In this document: positions 7,294 through 15,956 of the stretch, one piece after another | How the letters are laid out: the number at the start of each line of letters is the position of its first letter | How positions within the stretch are numbered: the stretch's first letter is position 1 | DNA from: a virus | Lineage: Duplodnaviria > Caudoviricetes | Strand: one strand, 5' to 3' | Length of the DNA stretch: 29,256 nt | IMG/VR virus record: IMGVR_UViG_3300032305_000808 | Span: 1 to 29,256 of that record | Position numbers and translations under genes: made by a program | The notes under the pieces: model-generated | Told to the model about the DNA's origin: nothing | What the model saw: only the letters and a program-made list of their open reading frames with translations | Databases searched by the model: none

Positions 7294-8087
7294 GGCAAGA
7301 TTACAGCAACGCATTAAAAAACGCAATAAATACGATATTTATGTCCAATTATTTTATTGATACCAACACCAATCAAATAACATTTACAGATAACCGGTTT
7401 TATTTAACCGATGAGGGGCAATACCTGCCATCAGTTACAACCATTTTGCAGGCATATCCTAAGGATGCGCATTTTTACCAATGGTTAAAGCAAGTTGGTG
7501 AGGATGCCGACAGCATCCGGGATGAAGCAGGCCGCAGGGGCTCAATAGTGCACAGTTTAACGGAGCGTTACGATGCAGGGGAGCCAATCAATTTGTTGGA
7601 TAATGGCGGCAATATTGGCTACAAATTGGCGGAGTGGGCCATGTTTGAGCGGTACGTTGAGTTTAGGCAAATGCACCCATTGGATGTTTTATTCAGCGAA
7701 ATAAATTTATGCAACCATTCGTTAGGTTATGCGGGCACAATTGACCGTGTGGTAAACATTAATGATCAAACGGTATTAATTGACATTAAAACAAGTAACA
7801 CCATTTACGATCATTATTGGTTGCAATTGGCCGCGTATCGCAAGTTATTCACGGCATTGCATGGTGCTCAAACAATTGATGCGGTTGCCATTTTGTGGCT
7901 CAACGCCAAAACCCGCACATACGATGCAAAGAAGGTGCAAGGCCGTGGATGGCAATTAATTTACCGCGATGTGGATGAATGGGTTAATGATGAGGCGTTA
8001 TTAGATGCAACGCAAAAGTTATGGTTGGCTCAAAATAAGGCCATTAAACCCAAAATGAATAAGTACCAATTAAACCACAAAATATGA
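7290..8087 (+). CDS. PD-(D/E)XK exonuclease (phage Cas4/MGME1-like recombination nuclease)
   Basis: LPSVTTIL, RGSIVH, YAGTID, LIDIKTS, LQLAAY motifs; alternative start at 7341. Confidence 0.85.
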   Translation: MRQDYSNALKNAINTIFMSNYFIDTNTNQITFTDNRFYLTDEGQYLPSVTTILQAYPKDAHFYQWLKQVGEDADSIRDEAGRRGSIVHSLTERYDAGEPINLLDNGGNIGYKLAEWAMFERYVEFRQMHPLDVLFSEINLCNHSLGYAGTIDRVVNINDQTVLIDIKTSNTIYDHYWLQLAAYRKLFTALHGAQTIDAVAILWLNAKTRTYDAKKVQGRGWQLIYRDVDEWVNDEALLDATQKLWLAQNKAIKPKMNKYQLNHKI

Positions 8088-8278
8088 CCATTACAGTACA
8101 CATTGATTTGCTGCCAATTTTAAGTAAATATTGCAGCGATGTAAATTTAATTGAGCAACAAATTACCGGGCAATACATTTTGATTGAATTTGATCCAACA
8201 CCGGATTTAATCGAAAAAATGATTGAGGCGGCAAAAATGCACGGATATTTACAGGCAATTAAACAAACCCAAAAATAA
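8084..8278 (+). CDS. Hypothetical protein
   Basis: 64-aa ORF coupled to the exonuclease gene. Confidence 0.65.
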   Translation: MTITVHIDLLPILSKYCSDVNLIEQQITGQYILIEFDPTPDLIEKMIEAAKMHGYLQAIKQTQK

Positions 8279-8309
8279 AAACCCTGGTAAGGTACTGCCA
8301 TTAACAGTT

Positions 8310-8867
8310 ATGGGAGCAATTCAACAAACATCGGCGGTTTATTTGTCCATTATGGACGGCAAAATTGTGCGCCGCTTTCAATCCCCGACAGCACAAACCA
8401 AAGAGCGTGTAACAAAGGAGGGCAAATTGGTACATGAGGAGATTTACAAAGGATGGACGGGCCGCATTACCAACGTAAAAACGCGGGAAAGCGATTACGG
8501 CAAAGATTGGCAGGTTTATTTGCAGGATGAGGACGGCACCGCAATTTTATCCATGCGCTATTCGTCCGGTTATGCATCCGCATTTTTAAAGGCCCTGCCA
8601 AATGTCGATTTGAGCCGTGAGGTAACAATTACCCCGCACATCAAAATCGAAGGCGACAAAAAGCGCACCGGCATTTTTTTGAACCAGGACGGCAAAGCGG
8701 TTAAATGGTTTTACACAAAAGAAACACCAAATGGGTTGCCACCATTGGAGCAAATTAAAGTAAAAGGCGTTGCAACGTGGGATGATTCCAAAATGATGGA
8801 ATTTTTAGAGCAACGCACAGCGGAATTATTTAACACCACATCCGATTTTGAGGATGCACCATTTTAA
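8310..8867 (+). CDS. Putative single-stranded DNA-binding protein
   Basis: Likely start ATG 8310 (MGAIQQTS); beta-rich body, acidic-aromatic C-terminus DFEDAPF; follows the exonuclease. Confidence 0.65.
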   Translation: MGAIQQTSAVYLSIMDGKIVRRFQSPTAQTKERVTKEGKLVHEEIYKGWTGRITNVKTRESDYGKDWQVYLQDEDGTAILSMRYSSGYASAFLKALPNVDLSREVTITPHIKIEGDKKRTGIFLNQDGKAVKWFYTKETPNGLPPLEQIKVKGVATWDDSKMMEFLEQRTAELFNTTSDFEDAPF

Positions 8868-8881
8868 CCCATTGAAAACCC

Positions 8882-8908
8882 AACCGGGGGGCGATTTGTC
8901 CCCCGGTT
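8882..8908 (+). terminator. Strong GC hairpin after the SSB gene (terminator or mRNA-stabilising stem)
   Basis: AACCGGGGGGC-GATTT-GTCCCCCGGTT 11-bp stem; only a short T tract follows. Confidence 0.6.
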
Positions 8909-8926
8909 ACTTTAAAAAGTAAAGCA

Positions 8927-9181
8927 ATGATAAAAGATACTTTTTTGCCGCATTTAATCGATAAAATGTTTGAGTTTGCCGAATTGCCGTTAACGTATGC
9001 CGATGTTGAAGGCAGGCAGGATGAGTGGTACAATGATTACACCATGACAGAGGCCCAAAATAAGGCATGGATTGATTACGGCGTTAATTACATAAAAAAA
9101 GAAACATACTATAACCAATGGCGCGCATCCGTTGAAATGAATTTTATTAACCTTTATTGCGGCCTTCGCGTTGTTGGTTAA
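8927..9181 (+). CDS. Hypothetical protein
   Basis: 84-aa ORF, A-rich leader, tiled. Confidence 0.7.
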   Translation: MIKDTFLPHLIDKMFEFAELPLTYADVEGRQDEWYNDYTMTEAQNKAWIDYGVNYIKKETYYNQWRASVEMNFINLYCGLRVVG

Positions 9182-9215
9182 TTCATTCACTAACCCATTT
9201 TTAAAACAATAATGC

Positions 9216-9521
9216 ATGAATAAAACGACATACAGCATTGCAAAAGCATTCCATCATGTAAACACAGCCAATGAGTATTTCATGGACATACAACGCGAAA
9301 CAACCGGCAATGTGAAGCATTTATTTAAACAATACCAACAAAAATTGGATTTCATTATTAACGATATGAAATACAATTTGAGCGATCGGAGCCGAGAAAT
9401 ATTAAAACGCGAAATGGAGGTAAGTTTTAACATTGAGGCCATAAACGACAAACTTTGCCATTTAGAGGCGCACCAATTGGATCAGGTCGAAAAGTATATT
9501 GATAAAATACTAAAACCATGA
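9216..9521 (+). CDS. Hypothetical helical protein
   Basis: 101-aa ORF, A-rich leader. Confidence 0.7.
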   Translation: MNKTTYSIAKAFHHVNTANEYFMDIQRETTGNVKHLFKQYQQKLDFIINDMKYNLSDRSREILKREMEVSFNIEAINDKLCHLEAHQLDQVEKYIDKILKP

Positions 9522-9589
9522 AGTACATCGTTTTATTTACTTTATTTTTCTGTTTTTATTTAATATTAAAAATAATTGATGATATATGA
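9518..9589 (+). CDS. Membrane micro-peptide (23 aa)
   Basis: MKYIVLFTLFFCFYLILKIIDDI; ATGA-coupled on both sides. Confidence 0.45.
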   Translation: MKYIVLFTLFFCFYLILKIIDDI

Positions 9590-9744
9590 AAAGATTAAAA
9601 ATAATTGCAATTCATGCAATACTCGCTGCATTAACATTATTTTTTGCCAGGTTAACTATTTTTAGCGGATGGGCCGTATTTTTTACCCTCATTTCTTGCG
9701 TTAACATGGCACTAATTATTTACCATATAACTAAAAAAAAATAA
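9586..9744 (+). CDS. Small 2-TM membrane protein (52 aa)
   Basis: MKRLKIIAIHAILAALTLFFARLTIFSGWAVFFTLISCVNMALIIYHITKKK. Confidence 0.55.
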   Translation: MKRLKIIAIHAILAALTLFFARLTIFSGWAVFFTLISCVNMALIIYHITKKK

Positions 9745-9830
9745 TGAAACAACTTGCTTTTGTTATAATTGTTTGGGAGATATCTAAATGGGCAATAAAA
9801 AATTTATGGAATAAAATTGTAAATAATTAA
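9744..9830 (+). CDS. Amphipathic micro-peptide (28 aa)
   Basis: MKQLAFVIIVWEISKWAIKNLWNKIVNN; TAATG coupling. Confidence 0.45.
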   Translation: MKQLAFVIIVWEISKWAIKNLWNKIVNN

Positions 9831-9865
9831 ACTAAAACAATATCAAAATGTTGGGGGTGAATAAA

Positions 9866-10606
9866 ATGAAAATAAATAAAATATATAATGAAAACTGCCT
9901 TGAAACAATGTTTAAAATGCCTAATAAATTTGTGGATCTGGTAGTTACATCTCCTCCATATAATATGAGAACAAGGGTAAGAAATGGACAGTATACAACC
10001 AGAGAAAAATCTGATCATTTTAGCAAGAAATATAAATATTTTGATGATGCTTTACCAATAAATGATTTTTATGAATTTCATAAAAACGTATTGATTGAAC
10101 TATTAAGAGTTTCAAAAATTGTTTGTTACAATTTTCAAATTGTAACAGGTAGTAAAGAAGCATTTTTTAAAATTATTGGCGAATTTAATAAATATATCAA
10201 GGATATTATTATTTGGGATAAAGGTAATGGGCAACCTGCAATGCACGAAATGGTTTTAAATAGCTGCTATGAAATGATATTGATATTAGAAGATGATAAA
10301 AAAGCAGGCAGAGCAATACAAAACGCCAAATTTAAAAGAGGTGAAATGAATAACATTTTAAGAATTGGTAAAGGCAAAAAAATATCCGATGTTCACGGTG
10401 CAATTTTTCCTGAAAAATTACCTTTTATTTTAATAAATGCATTTACAAAAAAAGATGATTTAATTTACGATCCTTTTATGGGAAGTGGAACAACTGCATT
10501 AGTTGCAAAAAAATTAAGCAGAAATTACATCGGAAGTGAAATAACAAAAGAATATTGTAAAATTTCCGAAAATCGTATAAAAGATAATTTAGGGCTTTTT
10601 TTTTAA
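9866..10606 (+). CDS. Orphan N4-cytosine/N6-adenine DNA methyltransferase (beta class)
   Basis: DLVVTSPPYN (motif IV) precedes HGAIFP and DPFMGSGTT (motif I); likely start 9866, alternative 9848. Confidence 0.9.
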   Translation: MKINKIYNENCLETMFKMPNKFVDLVVTSPPYNMRTRVRNGQYTTREKSDHFSKKYKYFDDALPINDFYEFHKNVLIELLRVSKIVCYNFQIVTGSKEAFFKIIGEFNKYIKDIIIWDKGNGQPAMHEMVLNSCYEMILILEDDKKAGRAIQNAKFKRGEMNNILRIGKGKKISDVHGAIFPEKLPFILINAFTKKDDLIYDPFMGSGTTALVAKKLSRNYIGSEITKEYCKISENRIKDNLGLFF

Positions 10607-10671
10607 ACCATTTGCAAGATTAATTGATGGATACGTTATTATACATTGAGAAACTAAAAACAAAACAACAT
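10600..10671 (+). pseudogene. 3' remnant of a small conserved phage protein (HLQEELMDxxLYIEKL family), with in-frame stop
   Basis: Translates F-L-N-H-L-Q-D-*-L-M-D-T-L-L-Y-I-E-K-L-K; TAA at 10621 sits where GAA (Glu) would be expected; the 5' part is absent. Confidence 0.5.
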
Positions 10672-11155
10672 GAAACGAACAACCCAAAAAAACAACCACA
10701 GATTTTACCCATTGCAACCAAAGATTTGGCGCAATAAAACGCATTTTATTTGGATAGGTAATTTTGATACAACATGCGCATATTTTTTAGACTCCCCCGA
10801 TGATCAGGATATAAATAAATTATGCGGCTTATCAACCAACATTTACCCGCGCATTAATTCAATACGCATTGGTTGGCGATACAACAAATTGACCAAACGC
10901 ATCGATTTGGGAGTATATAAAGAGGTAAATAAAAAACATACATGGCAATATGTTATATCCGTAAATTTTGGTGAGGATTTTATGGTTGAGTTGTTTTTAC
11001 ATCCGGATAAAACATCCCAATTTATTTTTAATAACCGCACACATTGCACCGTAAATTTTAACCACAAAAAATGGTTATTTGGTTGCAACCCATATTTTGG
11101 AGGCAACAACGCGGCACCTCATAAAATGCATATTTTATTACAACAACTTTATTAA
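10670..11155 (+). CDS. Conserved Bacteroidota-type hypothetical beta-sandwich protein
   Basis: DINKLCG...NSIRIGWRY...PYFGGNNAAPH pattern recalled from Bacteroidota hypothetical proteins; strong A-rich leader. Confidence 0.65.
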   Translation: MKRTTQKNNHRFYPLQPKIWRNKTHFIWIGNFDTTCAYFLDSPDDQDINKLCGLSTNIYPRINSIRIGWRYNKLTKRIDLGVYKEVNKKHTWQYVISVNFGEDFMVELFLHPDKTSQFIFNNRTHCTVNFNHKKWLFGCNPYFGGNNAAPHKMHILLQQLY

Positions 11156-11156
11156 A

Positions 11157-12431
11157 ATGAATTTACGAACCTACCAACACGAAATAAGTAATAAGGCCGT
11201 TGAATTGCTGCATGAGTTTGGCATTGCCTATTTATCAATGCAGGTGCGCACCGGCAAGACAATAACAGCCCTCAACACAGCAAAATTGTACGGTGCCAAA
11301 AATGTGTTATTTGTAACCAAAAAAAAGGCCATCCCATCCATTGAGGCGGATTATGCGCATTTTGCAGAGCATTTTTTAATTAGTATTATTAACTACGAAC
11401 AGTTGCATAATTACACCGGTAAGCCGCAATTAGTAATAATTGATGAGGCGCACAGTTTAGGCCAATATCCCCTGCCATCGGAGCGCACAAAGGCATTAAA
11501 GGAATTATGCAAAGGCCTGCCAATTATTTATTTATCCGGCACCCCATCGCCGGAAAGTTACAGCCAACTTTATCATCAATTTTGGGTATCATCAAACAGC
11601 CCGTTTGCCGATCCTACTTTTTACAAATGGGCAAAACGTTATGTAACACTCAAACAAAAGTTTGTTTACAATCGCATGGTTAATGATTACAGCAATGCAC
11701 TGCATGATGAGATTAATGAAGTGTGCCAACATTTATTTATACCATACACCCAGGAACAGGCAGGCTTCACACAGCCCGTAATTGAAACCCTCCATGATGT
11801 GCAGATGAGCCAAAAAACTTATTTAATTATTGACAAATTGCGCCGCGACCGGGTTGTAAATGGATCCGATAATAAAGTGATTTTAGCCGATACGGAGGTG
11901 AAATTGATGCAGAAAATACACCAATTGTCAAGTGGTACATGTCTATTGGATGATGTGCAGGATGGGCAACCAACGGGCATTATTTTTGATGATACCAAAG
12001 CCAAATATATTTTTGACACGTTTGCAGGTAAGCGCATTGCCATATTTTACAAATTTAGACAGGAACGTTTGTCAATAATGTGCGAAGCACAGCGGCGCGG
12101 CATTAAGTTGACCGAAACGCCGGAGGAATTTCAAAAGCAACCCGATACCATGGTTTTTATTAGTCAATTTCAAAGCGGACGCGAGGGTATAAATTTAAGC
12201 ACCGCCGATTGTTTGGTATGTTACAATATTGATTTTAGCGCAATTACTTATTGGCAAATGCGCGCCCGAATCCAATCAAAGGATCGGCAAAATGAGGCAC
12301 ATTTGCATTGGATTTTTAGCAAAGGCGGGATTGAGCACAAAATATTAAATGTGGTTAGTGCTAAAAAGGATTTCACATTATCCTATTTTCGCCAATATGA
12401 GAGAGAGCGACATACAGCACCAAATTATTAA
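11157..12431 (+). CDS. SF2 (SNF2/DEAH-like) DNA helicase
   Basis: LRTYQ Q-motif, QVRTGKT, IIDEAH, LSGTP, GREGINL, QMRARIQ; likely start 11157. Confidence 0.88.
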   Translation: MNLRTYQHEISNKAVELLHEFGIAYLSMQVRTGKTITALNTAKLYGAKNVLFVTKKKAIPSIEADYAHFAEHFLISIINYEQLHNYTGKPQLVIIDEAHSLGQYPLPSERTKALKELCKGLPIIYLSGTPSPESYSQLYHQFWVSSNSPFADPTFYKWAKRYVTLKQKFVYNRMVNDYSNALHDEINEVCQHLFIPYTQEQAGFTQPVIETLHDVQMSQKTYLIIDKLRRDRVVNGSDNKVILADTEVKLMQKIHQLSSGTCLLDDVQDGQPTGIIFDDTKAKYIFDTFAGKRIAIFYKFRQERLSIMCEAQRRGIKLTETPEEFQKQPDTMVFISQFQSGREGINLSTADCLVCYNIDFSAITYWQMRARIQSKDRQNEAHLHWIFSKGGIEHKILNVVSAKKDFTLSYFRQYERERHTAPNY

Positions 12432-12708
12432 GTTTTTAGAGGCGGCGGGTTGGTACCCCGTTAAAATCATCCAATCTAATAAAAATGGTTGGCCGGATTT
12501 GCAGGCCCATTTAGCCGGGCACACGATATTTATCGAGGTTAAAAGCGAAACCGGCAAATTATCGGAATTACAAAAGTATCGCCACAAACAGTTAACCCAA
12601 TTTGGATTTCACGTAATAACAACAAACAATTTAAACCATTTTACCCATGAGTTTTTACGAATCAGCACAGATCTATTTAACGAAAGGCATTTCATCCATC
12701 CCAACTGA
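12397..12708 (+). CDS. VRR-NUC domain nuclease
   Basis: RESDIQ..I, GWPDL, FIEVK, GKLSELQ motifs; likely start 12397. Confidence 0.88.
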   Translation: MRESDIQHQIIKFLEAAGWYPVKIIQSNKNGWPDLQAHLAGHTIFIEVKSETGKLSELQKYRHKQLTQFGFHVITTNNLNHFTHEFLRISTDLFNERHFIHPN

Positions 12709-15004
12709 TAATACAAAACGCTCATTGGTTTCCTGGAAGGCATACCAAAAAAAATTGCCAACGCAGGCCGATTTAACCAACATGTTTGCACATCCTAAGG
12801 TGCAAGGCATTGCCGTTATTTGCGGCGCGGTATCGGGCAATTTGGAGGTTATCGACGTGGATTGTAAATACGGTATAAATTTCGCCGATTATGAGGCCAA
12901 AATAAAAGAGGCCGATATTGATCTGTATAATCGTTTAATGATCATCCAAACCAAAAGCGGCGGGTACCATATTTATTACCGGTGCGAATATATTGAAGGC
13001 AACCAAAAGTTGGCAGAGCGGCCCGCAACAGATGATGAGCTGCATGATAACCCAAATGTGCGGCAATGCGTATTAATTGAAACGCGCGGTGAAGGCGGTT
13101 ACGTTGTTGCCCCACCATCGCCAGGATATCAACCTTTAAAGGCCGTTGATAATATACCGGTAATTAGCGTAACCGAGCGCGATACATTAATATCATGCGC
13201 AAAAGCATTTAATCAAATCATTGAGCCGTACAAGGTGCCAACGCTCCCACATAACAATGATAAATTAACCGTGTGGGATGATTACAACCACCGCGGCGAT
13301 GTAGTTGCATTACTCGAAAAGCATGGTTGGACACGTACCGGTGAATCGGGCGGCAAAGTATTTTTTTTACGACCAGGGCACACCACATCTGCACACAGCG
13401 CGGTTTTGTTTGCCGATACCCGCATATTTTACCCGCATACCACATCATCCGTATTTGATAATAAAGGATACAGCCCATTTGGCGTTTATGCCGTTTTAGA
13501 GTGCAATGGCGATTTTAAAAAGGCAGCAAAGCAACTTAGCGACATTTACGGTGAGAAAAATGATGATGGTTGGTTTTGGACGTATAGCAAAAATGGCGGC
13601 GTACAAATACAACGTTTTATGCTTCAGGAATGGTTACACTCAAACAATTTCCAATTGTATTTTCATGATGTAAAAAATGGCGTTTACAGGTTGATCCATG
13701 AGGAAAATAAAATTGTGCGGGAAGTGTACCCCGAATCAATCAAAAAGTTTATTAAACAGCGGTTGGTTGATGCAAAGCATTATGAAGTAATGGAGGCGAT
13801 CATGCGGCAAACCACCTCAATTTTTACGGATGCTTTTTTTGAATACATCGACAAAAGCGAAATTGAGATTTTGCGGGATGGGGCTACCTGTTGTTATTTT
13901 CCCTTCCGTAATGGCATCGTTGTAATTACAAAGGATGATATAAAATTGATTAAATACGGATCAATAAATCAGGCAATATGGGAAAGCCAAATAATACAGT
14001 TTGATATCATCATTAACGAAACCATCGATCAAACGGCATCGAAATTTTATGAGTTTATCAGCAAAATCTCCAATGATGAGCCCGACCGCATCCAATATGC
14101 TCAAACATTGATTGGTTATATTTTGCACAGTTACAAAGATCCGGCAAGGCCATACGCCCCAATTTTAGCAGAGGAGACGGATGATGAGGCAAAGGGCGGC
14201 GGCACCGGTAAAGGGTTATTTTTTCAAGCGATTAGCAAATTAGTGCCAACCGTCCGCATTGACGGTAAGAACTTTAAACCCGATAAAACGTTTGCATTTC
14301 AACGGGTTACATTGGGAACTAAATTAGTAGTGATTGAGGATTGCCCAAAAAATGTAGATTTTGAGAAGTATTACCCAACCATTACGGAGGGCATGACCGT
14401 TGAGAAAAAAAATAAGGATGAATTATTTTTATCCTATAATGAAAGCCCCAAAATTGCATTTACAACCAATTACAGCATCGCAAACAATGCAGAGCACGCT
14501 AAACGCAGGCAACGCGTGTTGGAGTTTGCGCCGTTTTTTAGCAGTAAATACACCCCATTTGACCATTTCGGGCACAAATTATTTGATGAATGGGATTATG
14601 ATGAGTGGTTGAGATTTTACAATTTCATGTTTAATTGCGTTAAAACATACCTTCAAATTGGGATAAAAGAGATAACCAACAGCGAAAAATTAAAGCGCAA
14701 ACAAATCAAAATGCAATTTGGTGAGGATTTTCTCGATTACTTTGAGAGCTTAATTTCGGAGTATCAGGGGAAAGATTTACCCCTAACGGATGAGTGGAAA
14801 GGTTATCTAAATAGGTACGAAATTGAGCGCAAAGAGTACAGTTTAAAACGGTTCAAAAAAGGGTTACAAATAGCTTCCCAAATTATGCAAATCGATTACA
14901 TCGATTACAAAAATCGGCAAAACAACAACCAAATCCATTTTAAGATTGGGCAAAATCATGGCAAATGGGCCGAAATTGTAACTGATGTAACTGATTTATT
15001 TTAG
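12647..15004 (+). CDS. Primase-polymerase (Prim-Pol/AEP) fused to an SF3-like helicase
   Basis: VIDVD, TKSGGYHIYY, IETRGEGGYVVAPPS in the N-terminal part; GGGTGKG, VIED, FTTN in the C-terminal part. Confidence 0.88.
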   Translation: MSFYESAQIYLTKGISSIPTDNTKRSLVSWKAYQKKLPTQADLTNMFAHPKVQGIAVICGAVSGNLEVIDVDCKYGINFADYEAKIKEADIDLYNRLMIIQTKSGGYHIYYRCEYIEGNQKLAERPATDDELHDNPNVRQCVLIETRGEGGYVVAPPSPGYQPLKAVDNIPVISVTERDTLISCAKAFNQIIEPYKVPTLPHNNDKLTVWDDYNHRGDVVALLEKHGWTRTGESGGKVFFLRPGHTTSAHSAVLFADTRIFYPHTTSSVFDNKGYSPFGVYAVLECNGDFKKAAKQLSDIYGEKNDDGWFWTYSKNGGVQIQRFMLQEWLHSNNFQLYFHDVKNGVYRLIHEENKIVREVYPESIKKFIKQRLVDAKHYEVMEAIMRQTTSIFTDAFFEYIDKSEIEILRDGATCCYFPFRNGIVVITKDDIKLIKYGSINQAIWESQIIQFDIIINETIDQTASKFYEFISKISNDEPDRIQYAQTLIGYILHSYKDPARPYAPILAEETDDEAKGGGTGKGLFFQAISKLVPTVRIDGKNFKPDKTFAFQRVTLGTKLVVIEDCPKNVDFEKYYPTITEGMTVEKKNKDELFLSYNESPKIAFTTNYSIANNAEHAKRRQRVLEFAPFFSSKYTPFDHFGHKLFDEWDYDEWLRFYNFMFNCVKTYLQIGIKEITNSEKLKRKQIKMQFGEDFLDYFESLISEYQGKDLPLTDEWKGYLNRYEIERKEYSLKRFKKGLQIASQIMQIDYIDYKNRQNNNQIHFKIGQNHGKWAEIVTDVTDLF

Positions 15005-15175
15005 GATGTAACGCATTTTTATCAAAATGGGTTACATCCATACGCATTGAAAATCAATTAGTTATTGTACGATGTAATCAATGTAACCCATTTATATAAA
15101 AAATATGCTACCCCCCCTATTTTTTTATATATATAGAAGAAAAAGAGAAAAAACGATTACATCGATTACATTGAT
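14861..15175. other. Putative replication origin (iterons, palindrome, IHF-like site, AT-rich tract)
   Basis: About 11 TGTAA(C/T)/(G/A)TTACA motifs, often paired at 9-bp spacing; inverted repeat 15004-15039; AATCAATTAGTTA at 15052-15064. Confidence 0.65.
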
Positions 15176-15192
15176 AAAAAAACAACCAAAAA

Positions 15193-15528
15193 ATGAGCAG
15201 AGAAAAATTAGTATTTAAAGTAATGCGAAATGATAAAATTTGCATATACCAGGCGGTAACAACAACCCGCACAATTGATGAGGTAATGCCAATTCTTCGT
15301 GAGCGGTTTGATATAAAAAATTATCCGGTTAAAATAACCTGCAATGATGTGGAGGTTGCGCGTTGGAATTATGCAGACAAAGCCAACCCCAAAATCATGG
15401 ATAATGAAACAGGTGAAATTTATGATAACATTGAGCACATGATGGGTGAGTTGAATTTATCGCGGTGGGCATGTTTGAGCCGCATACGTCAACGGAAACG
15501 TTTTTATTGGCACACAGATGACGAATAA
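15193..15528 (+). CDS. Hypothetical protein with C-terminal NUMOD1-like HTH
   Basis: IMDNETGEIYDNIEHMMGELNLSRWACLSRI resembles NUMOD1/IENR1 DNA-binding helices. Confidence 0.55.
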   Translation: MSREKLVFKVMRNDKICIYQAVTTTRTIDEVMPILRERFDIKNYPVKITCNDVEVARWNYADKANPKIMDNETGEIYDNIEHMMGELNLSRWACLSRIRQRKRFYWHTDDE

Positions 15529-15623
15529 AGGCAGATAAATAAATTTTGAATACAACCTACCTAAACGCATTAAATAGGCTTAAATCGCCTAATTTTACGT
15601 CAGGGAACATTAATTAAAAACAG

Positions 15624-15956
15624 ATGGGCAGACATCCGGAACGAAAAGAAGTAAACGCACGCAATATTGCATTGAGTGCATTGGAGCGCAAATATGGATC
15701 ATTGGATGCGGCATTTGAGCATTTATTGGACAGCGGGGTGCCATCCCTTGTGATGTATGCATACCAAATGGGATTCGGCAAACCGCAGGAAAACGCAAAG
15801 ATTGAAGTAACACACAGCCAGGTGCAGACGGTGCAGGTAATACAATTGCCTCATAATGAGCGCGATGTAATAGACATAACCCCAATACAAACAGATGGAG
15901 CCACAAATACAGATAATCAAACCCCAACCGGGTTACCAGGAAATATCATTGAGTAG
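15624..15956 (+). CDS. terS: Terminase small subunit (putative)
   Basis: Directly upstream of and overlapping TerL; FGKPQE and C-terminal IQLPHNER pattern. Confidence 0.6.
   Translation: MGRHPERKEVNARNIALSALERKYGSLDAAFEHLLDSGVPSLVMYAYQMGFGKPQENAKIEVTHSQVQTVQVIQLPHNERDVIDITPIQTDGATNTDNQTPTGLPGNIIE

Noticed and set aside
7290-8087. Cas4 as part of a CRISPR system
   Set aside because: It lacks the Fe-S cysteine cluster and cas context; it fits a stand-alone phage exonuclease beside an SSB gene
11240-11265. Helicase Walker A variant QVRTGKT as a sign of inactivation
   Set aside because: GKT, DEAH and downstream motifs are intact; such variants are usual in small phage SF2 helicases
9848-12708. 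Restriction-modification system (MTase plus helicase plus nuclease)
   Set aside because: The helicase and VRR-NUC form the common phage replication pair; the MTase is compositionally separate and appears to be an orphan
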